Positions 9,368 to 18,076 of a stretch of 64,000 bases of DNA are shown here, one piece after another. The stretch covers positions 38,995 through 102,994 of the forward strand of contig CAYOLW010000002.1 of NCBI GenBank assembly GCA_964404925.1, read 5' to 3'. Origin of the DNA: an uncultured Candidatus Saccharibacteria bacterium (GTDB taxonomy: Bacteria > Patescibacteriota > Minisyncoccia > Phycocordibacterales > UBA9973). Under the pieces are notes generated by a model. That model ran no database searches. It was given only the letters and a program-made list of their open reading frames with translations, and was not told the DNA's origin. How positions within the stretch are numbered: position 1 is the stretch's first letter; every line of letters starts with the position of its first letter. Made by a program: the position numbers and the translations under genes.

Positions 9368-10042
9368 TTATACTAATATGTATTTAATAAATTCTCTACC
9401 AGTGTTAGTAAGATCATAATCCTGATAGTTCGAACCATTATATGTTGGAATAGTATAAGCTCTTAAAATTCCAATGTTGATTAAATTTGTTTCTGCCTCA
9501 GCCCAAATTTCACGGATATTTGAACCGGGTGATAAATTATATTTACCAGGATTATCATTTGAATCCTTAACTAAATAAGTTTTTAGATGCTCCGAAAGCT
9601 TGTTATTCTTATATACTATAGTGTTCGATAATTTATCTAAAAGATGCAACAGTTCTAAACCTTCCTTACTAACTAACGAAAGAAGGCTAATCATTCGTTC
9701 AATCTCAAACTGTTCTAGGTCTGCTGACTGCGTGTATCCAAGAAATATTTGCCTGATTATTTGTCGTTTCTTCTCATTACGTTCTGATATATATTTTTCA
9801 AAAGAATACACAAACGCATCTTGAAAGTTTTCAGATTTCAAAATTTCCTCACTAAAAATACTTGGGTTATCCCTAACCATTTCAACCCACTCAAGAGCTC
9901 TATTTTGTCTTAATTTTAACCCAGCACCATGCAATGCTTTAGTTAGACCCCAAGCAATATTTAACCCTGGGAGATTTGATGCAATTTGGTCTGCAATAAC
10001 AAGTGCTGAATCTTTTAAAATTTGTTGATCTTTTTCGTTCAT
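9368..10042 (-). CDS. hypothetical protein, third gene of the OLD-nuclease operon
   Basis: 224 aa with no motif I recognise. Its start is tightly coupled to the stop of the upstream gene (6-nt gap). Confidence 0.55.
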   Translation of the reverse strand: MNEKDQQILKDSALVIADQIASNLPGLNIAWGLTKALHGAGLKLRQNRALEWVEMVRDNPSIFSEEILKSENFQDAFVYSFEKYISERNEKKRQIIRQIFLGYTQSADLEQFEIERMISLLSLVSKEGLELLHLLDKLSNTIVYKNNKLSEHLKTYLVKDSNDNPGKYNLSPGSNIREIWAEAETNLINIGILRAYTIPTYNGSNYQDYDLTNTGREFIKYILV

Positions 10043-10048
10043 AATAAA

Positions 10049-10366
10049 TTATTTCAAAATCCCATCTCCGAAAAGAAATACAATAACAGCGACTATTATC
10101 GTTATCGCTGCAGTCCAAGCAGATATTCGGATACTTTTTTCCTGTATTTTTTGAGACTGTTCTTGAGACATCAAACTGTCCCTCATAGCTTTTTCTTGAA
10201 GCCCTAGAGAGTCTAGAGAATTTCTCTCTAGCATGGTAACTAGGGTTCCACACTGGCTGCAAAGGAATAGAGAATTACTCTTCCTGTCGCCACTGTCAGC
10301 ATCCATATGTAGTTCCCAGTCATGATTACAATTTTTAAATTTTGCTCTATATTGTCCTATTCCCAT
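10049..10366 (-). CDS. small zinc-ribbon protein with C-terminal transmembrane anchor
   Basis: 105 aa: CNHDW...CSQCG Cys/His cluster, then a C-terminal hydrophobic helix ISAWTAAITIIVAVIVFLF. Confidence 0.55.
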   Translation of the reverse strand: MGIGQYRAKFKNCNHDWELHMDADSGDRKSNSLFLCSQCGTLVTMLERNSLDSLGLQEKAMRDSLMSQEQSQKIQEKSIRISAWTAAITIIVAVIVFLFGDGILK

Positions 10367-10371
10367 AATAG

Positions 10372-11823
10372 TTATATTGTTTTAGGTAGTAAGTTTTTTA
10401 ACAACTTTTCTCCAAGGTAATTATAGATACTGCCTTCAGTAGTAAAATCTGTCGTTTCATTCCAAGTTAATGAAGCAATTGTTTTACCAACTATAACTTC
10501 CCATGGTTTATCTATACCCATTATACCCAGAACCAATATTCTTAAAGATTTTATCTTTAAATTTTTTCTATCATAATCAGCTTGTTTGAAAGCAATCATA
10601 TCTTCAAACTGAGGGTGCGATTTTCCAGTTTTTTCAGTAATCCACTCATCCATTTTTCCTTGTAGAACTTCCCATGTATTGCCCAACGAAGACAAGACCT
10701 CATTAGTTAATAATAAGTTTTCAGCGCTATAACACTTTAATTTTAATTTTATTATAGGTAAATCATCTGAAAGATCAGTTTCTGGTGTATCATCTCGATC
10801 GCGCAAGGAGTAGGCCCTTGCTTTATCATAGACACTTTCAATGATATTTTTTACTTCGGTTTCAAAAGGACCTATTTCTTCTACGCTTCCACAAACACAA
10901 GGATAAATTTTAATTTTCCCTTGTGCCGTCCTGACTGCTTGTTGCCATATTCGCTCGTCATCCTCACCCTCAACAAGTAACACAGGGGCTTCGTTAAAAA
11001 TGTTTGATAGAGGATGTGCACCAAATATAGGCAAAACCTTTTTGTAAATATCTGATATTGGCTTAAACTCAAGGTCCTTTTGTCCAGGAGACAGAAAACT
11101 TAAATTAACATCAGTATACGACTCTAGTGCACCCAATATTGCTGTACTGTGTGTAACTACGATAACCTTGAAGTTATTTTCCTCAACCAGATTTTTTAAA
11201 AAATGCATTAAACGTACCTGTAAATCGGGATGAAGATGCACATCTGGCTCATCTAAAAATAAAAAATTATCTTTTCCAGCAACACATTCTTTACTAAATA
11301 CTAAACATTCAATGCCCAATGATATTAATTCGCTTTCTCCGCTACTTATTGATTCTGGTCCTATTTCTGTCGTAGTTCCTTTGTTATAAATCTTGAAAGT
11401 ATTATCATTTCTTTTTATTTCTATATTATCTAATAGAGAATTTATTTTTGTTATGTAAAGGTCGAAATTATAATCTGTATCTGCTCTTTTGGCACCTTCA
11501 ATTTCTCTTAGAACTAACCACTCTAATTTTTTATATTGGGCGACACTTTGTTGTTTAAAGTTTGGTGTTTGATTTCTACGTCTTTGACCTGGAAGCCAGT
11601 TTACATCGCTTGCTAATGAATTTTCCATTCCTGCATCATAATTCAAAGAGCCACCGCGTTCAGGTGATATATATTTAGTTTTACCATAAGTTTCATTATG
11701 GGAAGATATGTGTTGTTCAACTTTCCTAATGAAAGTACTTTTGCCAGAACCATTCTTACCTAAAACGATATTTATCTTGCTCAGTCCTTTTAATGTGTAT
11801 CCATTAGCATCTAATATATCCAT
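10372..11823 (-). CDS. OLD-family nuclease: ABC-type ATPase domain fused to a Toprim domain
   Basis: Walker A GKNGSGKST, signature-like ISSGESELISLG, Walker B/H-loop FLFLDEPDVHLHP, switch VIVVTHS. The C-terminal Toprim glutamate sits in VLLVEGEDDERIW and the DxD motif in LRDRDD. Confidence 0.75.
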   Translation of the reverse strand: MDILDANGYTLKGLSKINIVLGKNGSGKSTFIRKVEQHISSHNETYGKTKYISPERGGSLNYDAGMENSLASDVNWLPGQRRRNQTPNFKQQSVAQYKKLEWLVLREIEGAKRADTDYNFDLYITKINSLLDNIEIKRNDNTFKIYNKGTTTEIGPESISSGESELISLGIECLVFSKECVAGKDNFLFLDEPDVHLHPDLQVRLMHFLKNLVEENNFKVIVVTHSTAILGALESYTDVNLSFLSPGQKDLEFKPISDIYKKVLPIFGAHPLSNIFNEAPVLLVEGEDDERIWQQAVRTAQGKIKIYPCVCGSVEEIGPFETEVKNIIESVYDKARAYSLRDRDDTPETDLSDDLPIIKLKLKCYSAENLLLTNEVLSSLGNTWEVLQGKMDEWITEKTGKSHPQFEDMIAFKQADYDRKNLKIKSLRILVLGIMGIDKPWEVIVGKTIASLTWNETTDFTTEGSIYNYLGEKLLKNLLPKTI

Positions 11824-11875
11824 AGGTATTAATTATACTTTAAATTAGTTAAATTTATAGCATCGAAGATACATA

Positions 11876-11906
11876 CAAAAACAGCCCCAATCTGGGCTAT
11901 TTTTGT
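11876..11906. terminator. bidirectional rho-independent terminator downstream of tRNA-Glu
   Basis: CAAAAAC-AGCCCCAATCTGGGCT-ATTTTTG. Confidence 0.6.
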
Positions 11907-11929
11907 ATGCTACTCGTGCTAGCTGTTGA

Positions 11930-12004
11930 TGGTGACCTCACGGAGAATCGAACTCCGATTAACGGATTGAAAACCCGTTGTCCTAACCGTTAGACGATGA
12001 GGCC
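11930..12004 (-). tRNA. tRNA-Glu (anticodon UUC), CCA encoded
   Basis: Reverse complement GGCCTCATCGTCTAACGGTTAGGACAACGGGTTTTCAATCCGTTAATCGGAGTTCGATTCTCCGTGAGGTCACCA, with anticodon loop TTTTCAA. Confidence 0.8.
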
Positions 12005-12145
12005 GTTTTTAAATTTTAAACAATAGATTCTCGCCCTTCCGGAGCCTTGGCGTAGTAAGGGTAGGGCTTAGGAGAGATATTACAACATTTCTATAAATTT
12101 AGCAAAACTTTTAAAAGATTTTTGCTTGTGTTCTTGTTGTTTAAC

Positions 12146-12165
12146 ATATTAGAATATGCTAATAT
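12146..12165. promoter_or_regulatory. inverted-repeat operator candidate (ATATTAG-aatatg-CTAATAT), 7 nt upstream of the arsR-family gene
   Basis: Perfect 7 bp arms read directly. ArsR/SmtB repressors commonly autoregulate through such palindromes overlapping their promoter. Confidence 0.45.
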
Positions 12166-12171
12166 GTATTT

Positions 12172-12426
12172 ATGAATAGAAATAACCTTTATAAAGCTTT
12201 TTCAAGTGAGCACAGGCTCAAACTTCTGCGGTGTTTGTCAAAGCCAAAGAACGTGACTGAATTATTAGATAATTGTTCTTTTACTCAGTCGGCTCTGTCT
12301 CAGCATTTAAAAGTGCTTAGAGATGCGGGTGTGGTTACTACCAGTAGGCAGGGCAAAGAAATGGTGTATAGCGTCGCTAACAAAAAGGTCACGCAAATTA
12401 CTGACCTATTACTAGATTTTAAATAA
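12172..12426 (+). CDS. ArsR/SmtB family transcriptional regulator
   Basis: 84 aa winged HTH: LKLLRCL...VTELLDNCSFTQSALSQHLKVLRDAGVV. Confidence 0.8.
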   Translation: MNRNNLYKAFSSEHRLKLLRCLSKPKNVTELLDNCSFTQSALSQHLKVLRDAGVVTTSRQGKEMVYSVANKKVTQITDLLLDFK

Positions 12427-12442
12427 AAAATAAATACTTATT

Positions 12443-13435
12443 ATGAAAAACAATAAATATACAATGTTCGGTGTTGTGGGATTGGTTGTCATTGCGATAG
12501 CTTCTTTGTCTTTTATGGGCAGTCCCAAGAAGCTTGCTGGTGCAGAGTTTATTGATAAATACACAAATACTCCTAATGCTATGTTGATAGACGTGCGAAC
12601 TCCGGGTGAATTTAATACTGGCCATATTGACCAGGCAATAAATATTGATTTTGAAAATTCTACTTTTGTCTCAGAAATAAAAAAGCTAGATACAACAAAA
12701 ACGTATTTTGTATATTGCCGTTCCGGCAACAGGTCAGGGCAAGCTATTTCTGTTATGAAATCCAATGGTATAAAAAACATTTATGAATTAAATGGGGGTA
12801 TTATCTCAAACACAAAAACAATAAATCTTGTGACATTGAATAACTCTGAATACGTTGTCGATCCTAGTGACATGTTAAACGGTAACACCCTTGTCTCTGG
12901 TATAAAAAAATCTGAGCTTTCAGAGAAAGAAATAGCAGGAATTATTTTGATGCGTGAAGAAGAGAAGCTTGCCCGTGATGTATATACTACTCTCGGCAAT
13001 ATTTGGGGGAATAGGATTTTTTCAAATATTGCAGCTTCCGAGCAGACACACATGGATGCCGTCAGAGTTCTGCTGGATAGATATGCAATCACCGATCCTG
13101 TTGTTAATGATACTGTTGGGTATTTTACCTCGGTGTCTATGCAGGATTTGTATAAATTTCTAATAGAAAAAGGTAAAGTTTCAATTATCGATGCTCTTAT
13201 CGTCGGTGCAACTGTTGAAGATTTAGATATTAGAGACTTAGAAACATTAAAAAAAGAAACACAAAAAGAAGACATTTTAGTTACATATAATAATCTACAG
13301 AAAGGATCTAGGAATCATTTGCGTGCTTTTGTTAAAAACATTCAGACAAATGGTGGCACATATACACCTCAATATATTAATGACAGTGACTATGATTTAA
13401 TCATTAATTCAGCTCAAGAAAGAGGCAGAAATTAG
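12443..13435 (+). CDS. rhodanese-domain protein with a C-terminal ferritin-like (possibly DUF2202) domain
   Basis: Signal-anchor, then rhodanese fold with catalytic loop CRSGNRS. The C-terminal helical domain (EEEKLARDVY...EQTHMDAV) looks ferritin-like, but that assignment is uncertain. Confidence 0.6.
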   Translation: MKNNKYTMFGVVGLVVIAIASLSFMGSPKKLAGAEFIDKYTNTPNAMLIDVRTPGEFNTGHIDQAINIDFENSTFVSEIKKLDTTKTYFVYCRSGNRSGQAISVMKSNGIKNIYELNGGIISNTKTINLVTLNNSEYVVDPSDMLNGNTLVSGIKKSELSEKEIAGIILMREEEKLARDVYTTLGNIWGNRIFSNIAASEQTHMDAVRVLLDRYAITDPVVNDTVGYFTSVSMQDLYKFLIEKGKVSIIDALIVGATVEDLDIRDLETLKKETQKEDILVTYNNLQKGSRNHLRAFVKNIQTNGGTYTPQYINDSDYDLIINSAQERGRN

Positions 13436-13484
13436 TCCCATTATAGAATTTGAAACTAAGATAAAAGGGGGATATAATTAATGT

Positions 13485-13751
13485 ATGTCTACAGTATTTT
13501 GTCCAACTTGCGGTGATGACGTTGACCCTCGGCACAGTGGGTGTGGGCGGGCTGACTGCCCCTACAGGGATCCAGAACTACCCATCGAGCATGTACCTGG
13601 GCACCATGATGTGGTAGAAGAGAAAGAAGAAGAAAAACCTAAAGTAAAGTCTAAAAAAGAAATGTTAGATGATTTAAATGAATATGGAAGGAAAGTTGAT
13701 GCAGGAGAAAATCCACCAAACAAACCACCCCTCCCATGGAAAAAGCACTGA
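13485..13751 (+). CDS. small Cys-rich (zinc-ribbon-like) protein with Lys/Glu/Pro-rich tail, hypothetical
   Basis: CPTCG...CGRADC motifs; locally GC-rich coding sequence. Confidence 0.45.
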   Translation: MSTVFCPTCGDDVDPRHSGCGRADCPYRDPELPIEHVPGHHDVVEEKEEEKPKVKSKKEMLDDLNEYGRKVDAGENPPNKPPLPWKKH

Positions 13752-14150
13752 TTACAGTGCTTTTTTTGCTTCCAATATTTTATCATCAATCATGATGTAG
13801 TTGCCGCCGCGGGGTTTGCCAAATAGGATGCCATGGTATTTGAATCCGTGCTTGGCGAGCCATGCCTCGGTATTGGCTCGGTGTGCCTCGGTTCGAGAGG
13901 TAAAGAATGTCACAATGTGTCCTTCGTCATACATGGCGTTTACTTTCTCGAGTGTGCCGGGGATTATGGCCGCGGTTAGCATGCGCTCGGGTTGTTCGTT
14001 CGGTATATCTTCGCAGATGGTGCCATCGATGTCTACCAAGTAGTTGATTTTAGTTTTTGGCAATTCAGGTGAAACTTTATTGCCATTTTCATCGTATTTA
14101 TCTATGAGTTCCATGGCCAATAGTATAATTGGGTACAGGATTTTAAGCAA
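13752..14150 (-). CDS. HAD-superfamily hydrolase-like protein (small phosphatase/nucleotidase-like)
   Basis: DIDGTI (HAD motif I) and KP...IMIDDK (motifs III/IV). The true start may be the internal Met at 14113 (MELIDKY). Confidence 0.55.
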   Translation of the reverse strand: MLKILYPIILLAMELIDKYDENGNKVSPELPKTKINYLVDIDGTICEDIPNEQPERMLTAAIIPGTLEKVNAMYDEGHIVTFFTSRTEAHRANTEAWLAKHGFKYHGILFGKPRGGNYIMIDDKILEAKKAL

Positions 14151-14269
14151 ATTGGTACCGAGGCATAAAGGTTGAATTTAATGGTCAAAAGTGCTAAAGT
14201 GCGGGCAGGAGGCTATGAAAAGGTCGTTTATAAGCTTAAATATCAAGGATTTATTAACTTTTAAAAATT

Positions 14270-15280
14270 ATGAAAAAAATATATCAAAAAATGTTTGTGT
14301 TTGCGGTGGTCGCTTTGGGTTTGCTGTTTGGATACAGTGCTCATGCTATGACCCCAACTTTGTCTCTATCTAGCAATAACAATAACTATGTTACTGTAAC
14401 GGTAAACGGGGATTCAAATTCCAGCGTCTACCTGTATTACAACCTGTCCTACGGTAATCAAAATACATACCTTGGCACCACCAACGGTTATGGATATTTC
14501 TCAACTACCTTAGAACAAAATAGCTACAACATGACTTCTGGGTCAATGGTGTACGTCACAGTGAACGGACAATCATCTCAGACTTATGTTTGGCCAACCA
14601 ATTACAATAACTGCAGTAATTGTTATACAACTTCAAATAGTACACCTTTGACTATTTCAAGTTTGACCTTGCCAGTCGGATCTAGTGCTGTTTTGAATTC
14701 TACCAATGGTCAGAGTATGACTGTTAACAGTAATTCCAACGGCAGTGTGGTTACAACCTCTGGTTCATTAGGTGGCGGTATCTTGCCAGCTGGTTGCACC
14801 GGTGGACAGTATAGCTACATCAATGGTCAGCCTTGCTACACTAACTACAATTACAACACTAGTTACAACAGTGGAACTCTACAGTTAAATGCGATATCTG
14901 TCGGTACTTCGAATTTGACCATCTGTTCTAATTACAACAATTACAACACTGGTTACAACAATAATTGTATGAATCTCACAGTAACCGTAACCGGAGCTTC
15001 GTTGGCTTATAACAATAACTACAACTATACCAACACTGGTGCAGTACTAGGTGCTTGTTACTTTAACTCAACATTAAGATTCGGAATGACTGGTTCTGAT
15101 GTGTTGTGCTTGCAGTCAGCATTGCAGACACTAGGCTACTTGCCAAGCGGTTATACTAGCCAAGTTTTCGACTCAACCACACTCAGTGCTGTGACTTCTT
15201 TCCAGCGTGCTCGTGGATTATTCGCTGATGGAATAGTAGGTAGAAACACCAGGAATCAACTGCTAAATTACTCTTACTAA
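14270..15280 (+). CDS. secreted Asn/Tyr/Thr-rich protein with C-terminal peptidoglycan-binding domain
   Basis: Signal peptide MKKIYQKMFVFAVVALGLLFGYSAHA, NYN-type low-complexity repeats, and a C-terminal PG_binding_1-like GMTGSDVLCLQSALQTLGY...ADGIVG. Confidence 0.7.
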   Translation: MKKIYQKMFVFAVVALGLLFGYSAHAMTPTLSLSSNNNNYVTVTVNGDSNSSVYLYYNLSYGNQNTYLGTTNGYGYFSTTLEQNSYNMTSGSMVYVTVNGQSSQTYVWPTNYNNCSNCYTTSNSTPLTISSLTLPVGSSAVLNSTNGQSMTVNSNSNGSVVTTSGSLGGGILPAGCTGGQYSYINGQPCYTNYNYNTSYNSGTLQLNAISVGTSNLTICSNYNNYNTGYNNNCMNLTVTVTGASLAYNNNYNYTNTGAVLGACYFNSTLRFGMTGSDVLCLQSALQTLGYLPSGYTSQVFDSTTLSAVTSFQRARGLFADGIVGRNTRNQLLNYSY

Positions 15281-15298
15281 TACGTTTGTAAATAGGCT

Positions 15299-15332
15299 AA
15301 AAAGTGATAGGATTAACCCTATCACTTTTTTG
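15299..15332 (+). terminator. rho-independent terminator
   Basis: AAAAGTGATAGG-attaac-CCTATCACTTTTTT. Confidence 0.75.
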
Positions 15333-15349
15333 TTTATAGTATTTTTTTT

Positions 15350-15436
15350 GGAGATGTGGCTGAGTGGTTGAAGGCACCGGTTTCGAAAACCGGCATTGGG
15401 GTAACTCAATCGAGAGTTCAAATCTCTCCGTCTCCG
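15350..15436 (+). tRNA. tRNA-Ser (anticodon CGA), type II with long variable arm
   Basis: GGAGATGTGGCTGAGTGGTTGAAGGCACCGGTTTCGAAAACCGG...GAGAGTTCAAATCTCTCCGTCTCCG with anticodon loop TTCGAAA. Confidence 0.8.
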
Positions 15437-15454
15437 CTGTGATATAATTTACTA

Positions 15455-16390
15455 GTGAAAAAATTTTTCAATAATTTATTCTGGTTGTTTGTGCTTGTTT
15501 TCTTGGTGTATTATTTTAAGGATACTTTGTCTGCTGGATATACTAAAGTCCAAAGACAATATTTCCCATGTACTGACACTATTTATTATTCTCTGGGTGA
15601 ATTTGATACTAAATTCGGCTTAAGCCAAGAAGAATTTTTGAAATACTTAAACGAAGCTGCTAAAAAATGGAATGAAGCATCTGGCCGGGAGTTACTAGCT
15701 TATTCAGAAAATAGTGATTTTAAAGTAGACCTGGTATACGACAAACGCCAAGCAGTTACTGATGTGTTGGATGACATTGGTGGAGGATTGGACAAAAACA
15801 AGACAGTTTATAATGAACTGAAGGAAAAATATAATGCTGGTATGACTCTGTACAAGATTTCTAAAGCTACATTCGAGAAAGACTGGGTGAGTTTTGCTCA
15901 AAAGAACTCTGAGTATAATAAAAAAGTCCAAGCTGTGAATGCTTCCGGCGGGGCAAGTCCAGAAGAATATTATGCTTTGACCGCTGAAAGGGAGAATCTG
16001 AATACAGAAGAATTAAAGTTGAAAAACATTGAGGACTCGTTAAACAAGTCGGTGGCGTCTGTGAACAAACTAGCCCAAGAGCTCAATACTTTAGCCCAAG
16101 AACTTAACCTTGACGTAACACGATACAACGCCATAGGTGATATGCAGGATGATGAATTCGAGGAGGGTAGATACTATAGAGAAGGTATATCAGAGGGCAT
16201 AGAGATATATCAGTTTGATGATAGGATAAAATTAGAGAGAGTTCTGGCCCATGAGTTTGGGCATGCATTAGGCGTAGAGCATGTGGACGATAAAGAGTCG
16301 ATCATGTATTTCTTGAATACTTCAGGCAATACAGAATTAACAGATTCAGACAAATCTGCTTTGTCGACAATCTGCCATTTAGAAAATTAA
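15455..16390 (+). CDS. membrane-anchored zinc metalloprotease, metzincin/matrixin-like
   Basis: N-terminal TM helix, then HEFGHALGVEH (HExxHxxGxxH) followed by a Met-turn candidate SIMYF. Confidence 0.7.
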   Translation: MKKFFNNLFWLFVLVFLVYYFKDTLSAGYTKVQRQYFPCTDTIYYSLGEFDTKFGLSQEEFLKYLNEAAKKWNEASGRELLAYSENSDFKVDLVYDKRQAVTDVLDDIGGGLDKNKTVYNELKEKYNAGMTLYKISKATFEKDWVSFAQKNSEYNKKVQAVNASGGASPEEYYALTAERENLNTEELKLKNIEDSLNKSVASVNKLAQELNTLAQELNLDVTRYNAIGDMQDDEFEEGRYYREGISEGIEIYQFDDRIKLERVLAHEFGHALGVEHVDDKESIMYFLNTSGNTELTDSDKSALSTICHLEN

Positions 16391-16405
16391 ATTATATCGT
16401 AGAGC

Positions 16406-17506
16406 ATGAAATCAAAAAATAAATTAATAACCCTTTTTATAATCTTGAGTTTTGTTTTTAGTATTGTCCCAGGCATATCCTTGGCCCAGGAACAGAACCA
16501 AGACCAAGTCCTAAAGGCCCGGGTAACAGAGGTGGTGTCTCAAGAAGACAGATACCTACCAGTCACTCAAATCAAGGAGGTGTATCAGACAATCAAGGCA
16601 GATATTCTCGAAGGAGATAAAAAGGGTAAAAATGTCACAATCAGTGATGACTATTTAAAACTAAAGAAAGGAGATACATTTTATTTAATTGAAAGTGTGA
16701 ACCCTGACACGGGAGATGTGCGGTATGCTGTACATGACAAATACCGTTTGCCGGCTATTTTTTTCTTTGTTGTATTGTTTGTGCTGTCTGTTTTTGTTTT
16801 CGGAGGTATTCAAGGAGTGCGTGGGCTCGTCGCGCTTATTGGTAGTATTCTGCTTATATTTTTTGTTTTAGTACCAAGTATTCTGCACGGGTATTCGCCA
16901 ATACTGGTAACCATTGGCGTGTCTTCACTTATTATAGTGTTGGGTTCGTACGTTACGCACGGATTCAATAAGACTACTTCGTCCGCGGTGGTGGGTATGA
17001 TTGTTACGGTGCTTTTCACTGGATTTTTGGCTTATTATGCAGTGGGTATGTCTGGACTTTCTGGCTTTGAATCCGAGGATGCCGTGTATTTGAATTGGAA
17101 TACTAATGGCACTATAGACTTTGTCGGTTTACTGTTTGGGGGGATAATGATTGGTCTTTTGGGTGTGCTGTATGACGTGGCGATAGGGCAGGCAGTGTCT
17201 GTGGAAGAATTACAAGAAGCTGGGCTCAAAGACAGAAAAGTTATTTTAAAAAGAGTTATCAGGATTGGCCGTGAGCATATAGGTGCATTGGTTAACACTC
17301 TGGCTATTGCCTATGTAGGTGCATCTTTACCTTTGCTTTTACTATTTTACAGTAGTGGTAATAACTCCATATTAGAGGTTATAAATCGAGAAGTATTTGC
17401 CACCGAAATAATTAGAACTATTGTTGGGTCCATTGGGCTAGTGCTTGCTGTGCCAATCACCAGCATCATTTCTACTTGGATGTTGGTAAAAAAGTCTAAA
17501 GTTTAA
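16406..17506 (+). CDS. YibE/F family membrane protein
   Basis: 366 aa: signal peptide, periplasmic domain, then multiple TM helices with the glycine-rich helix pattern of YibE/F. Confidence 0.7.
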   Translation: MKSKNKLITLFIILSFVFSIVPGISLAQEQNQDQVLKARVTEVVSQEDRYLPVTQIKEVYQTIKADILEGDKKGKNVTISDDYLKLKKGDTFYLIESVNPDTGDVRYAVHDKYRLPAIFFFVVLFVLSVFVFGGIQGVRGLVALIGSILLIFFVLVPSILHGYSPILVTIGVSSLIIVLGSYVTHGFNKTTSSAVVGMIVTVLFTGFLAYYAVGMSGLSGFESEDAVYLNWNTNGTIDFVGLLFGGIMIGLLGVLYDVAIGQAVSVEELQEAGLKDRKVILKRVIRIGREHIGALVNTLAIAYVGASLPLLLLFYSSGNNSILEVINREVFATEIIRTIVGSIGLVLAVPITSIISTWMLVKKSKV

Positions 17507-17560
17507 AAGCCGTCCTGCATTGGTTGCAGAACGGCTTCGTTTTCATTGGTTGCGCCAATT

Positions 17561-17983
17561 TTAAGCTGGCAGATTCTCGGGGTCAAGATTAACCGCCGTC
17601 ATTTGAATACGATACATCAGGTCATCGTCGATAGGGCCACCGGAAATGACGCAACTTGAACAACAGATGTTGCCAAGCACAATTGGTTGTCCGAATTTTT
17701 TAGAGAAAAAGTTCTGCAAAAAAGTTCGAGCAGTTACATCTCCGACTACATCATGTACCTGGGCTGCGAGTTCGTCTGTGTCAGTTATAGCATGTTCGCA
17801 GTAATAGTTACCAGGGGCCACTTTCTGTACCGCTTGATTAAATGAGTGTACGGTTCCGTTAACAAAAGCCGTAACCATTCGCTCCAGTTCAGGAAGTACG
17901 TTTGGCAAGTGGGTTTGAAGTCCTTGAAGGAAGCCACCATTATGGTTCCATACAAGTTTTGCAGTTGTGCAATTCATAATCAA
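17561..17983 (-). CDS. Cys-containing hypothetical protein (CCSSC motif)
   Basis: 140 aa with no assignable family. Co-directional with and downstream of the ParA-like ATPase gene. Confidence 0.5.
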   Translation of the reverse strand: MIMNCTTAKLVWNHNGGFLQGLQTHLPNVLPELERMVTAFVNGTVHSFNQAVQKVAPGNYYCEHAITDTDELAAQVHDVVGDVTARTFLQNFFSKKFGQPIVLGNICCSSCVISGGPIDDDLMYRIQMTAVNLDPENLPA

Positions 17984-18076
17984 TTTGTTTTACAATTGTG
18001 AAAAGAACTAAGTTATTCGTGATAAACAAAAACTTGAAACTAGTTCAAGTTTGGTTATCATACTGCAGCCAATTCT

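Noticed and set aside
9939-10262. 107 aa minus-strand ORF overlapping two genes of the OLD-nuclease operon
   Set aside because: An alternative frame spanning the junction of two well-packed co-directional genes; the translation is Cys/Arg-rich junk.
12412-12780. 122 aa and 68 aa minus-strand ORFs
   Set aside because: Antisense to the arsR 3' end and the rhodanese gene; no independent support.
14191-14373. 60 aa ORF upstream of and overlapping the Asn/Tyr-rich secreted protein gene
   Set aside because: Alternative frame across the promoter and start region of a better-supported gene.
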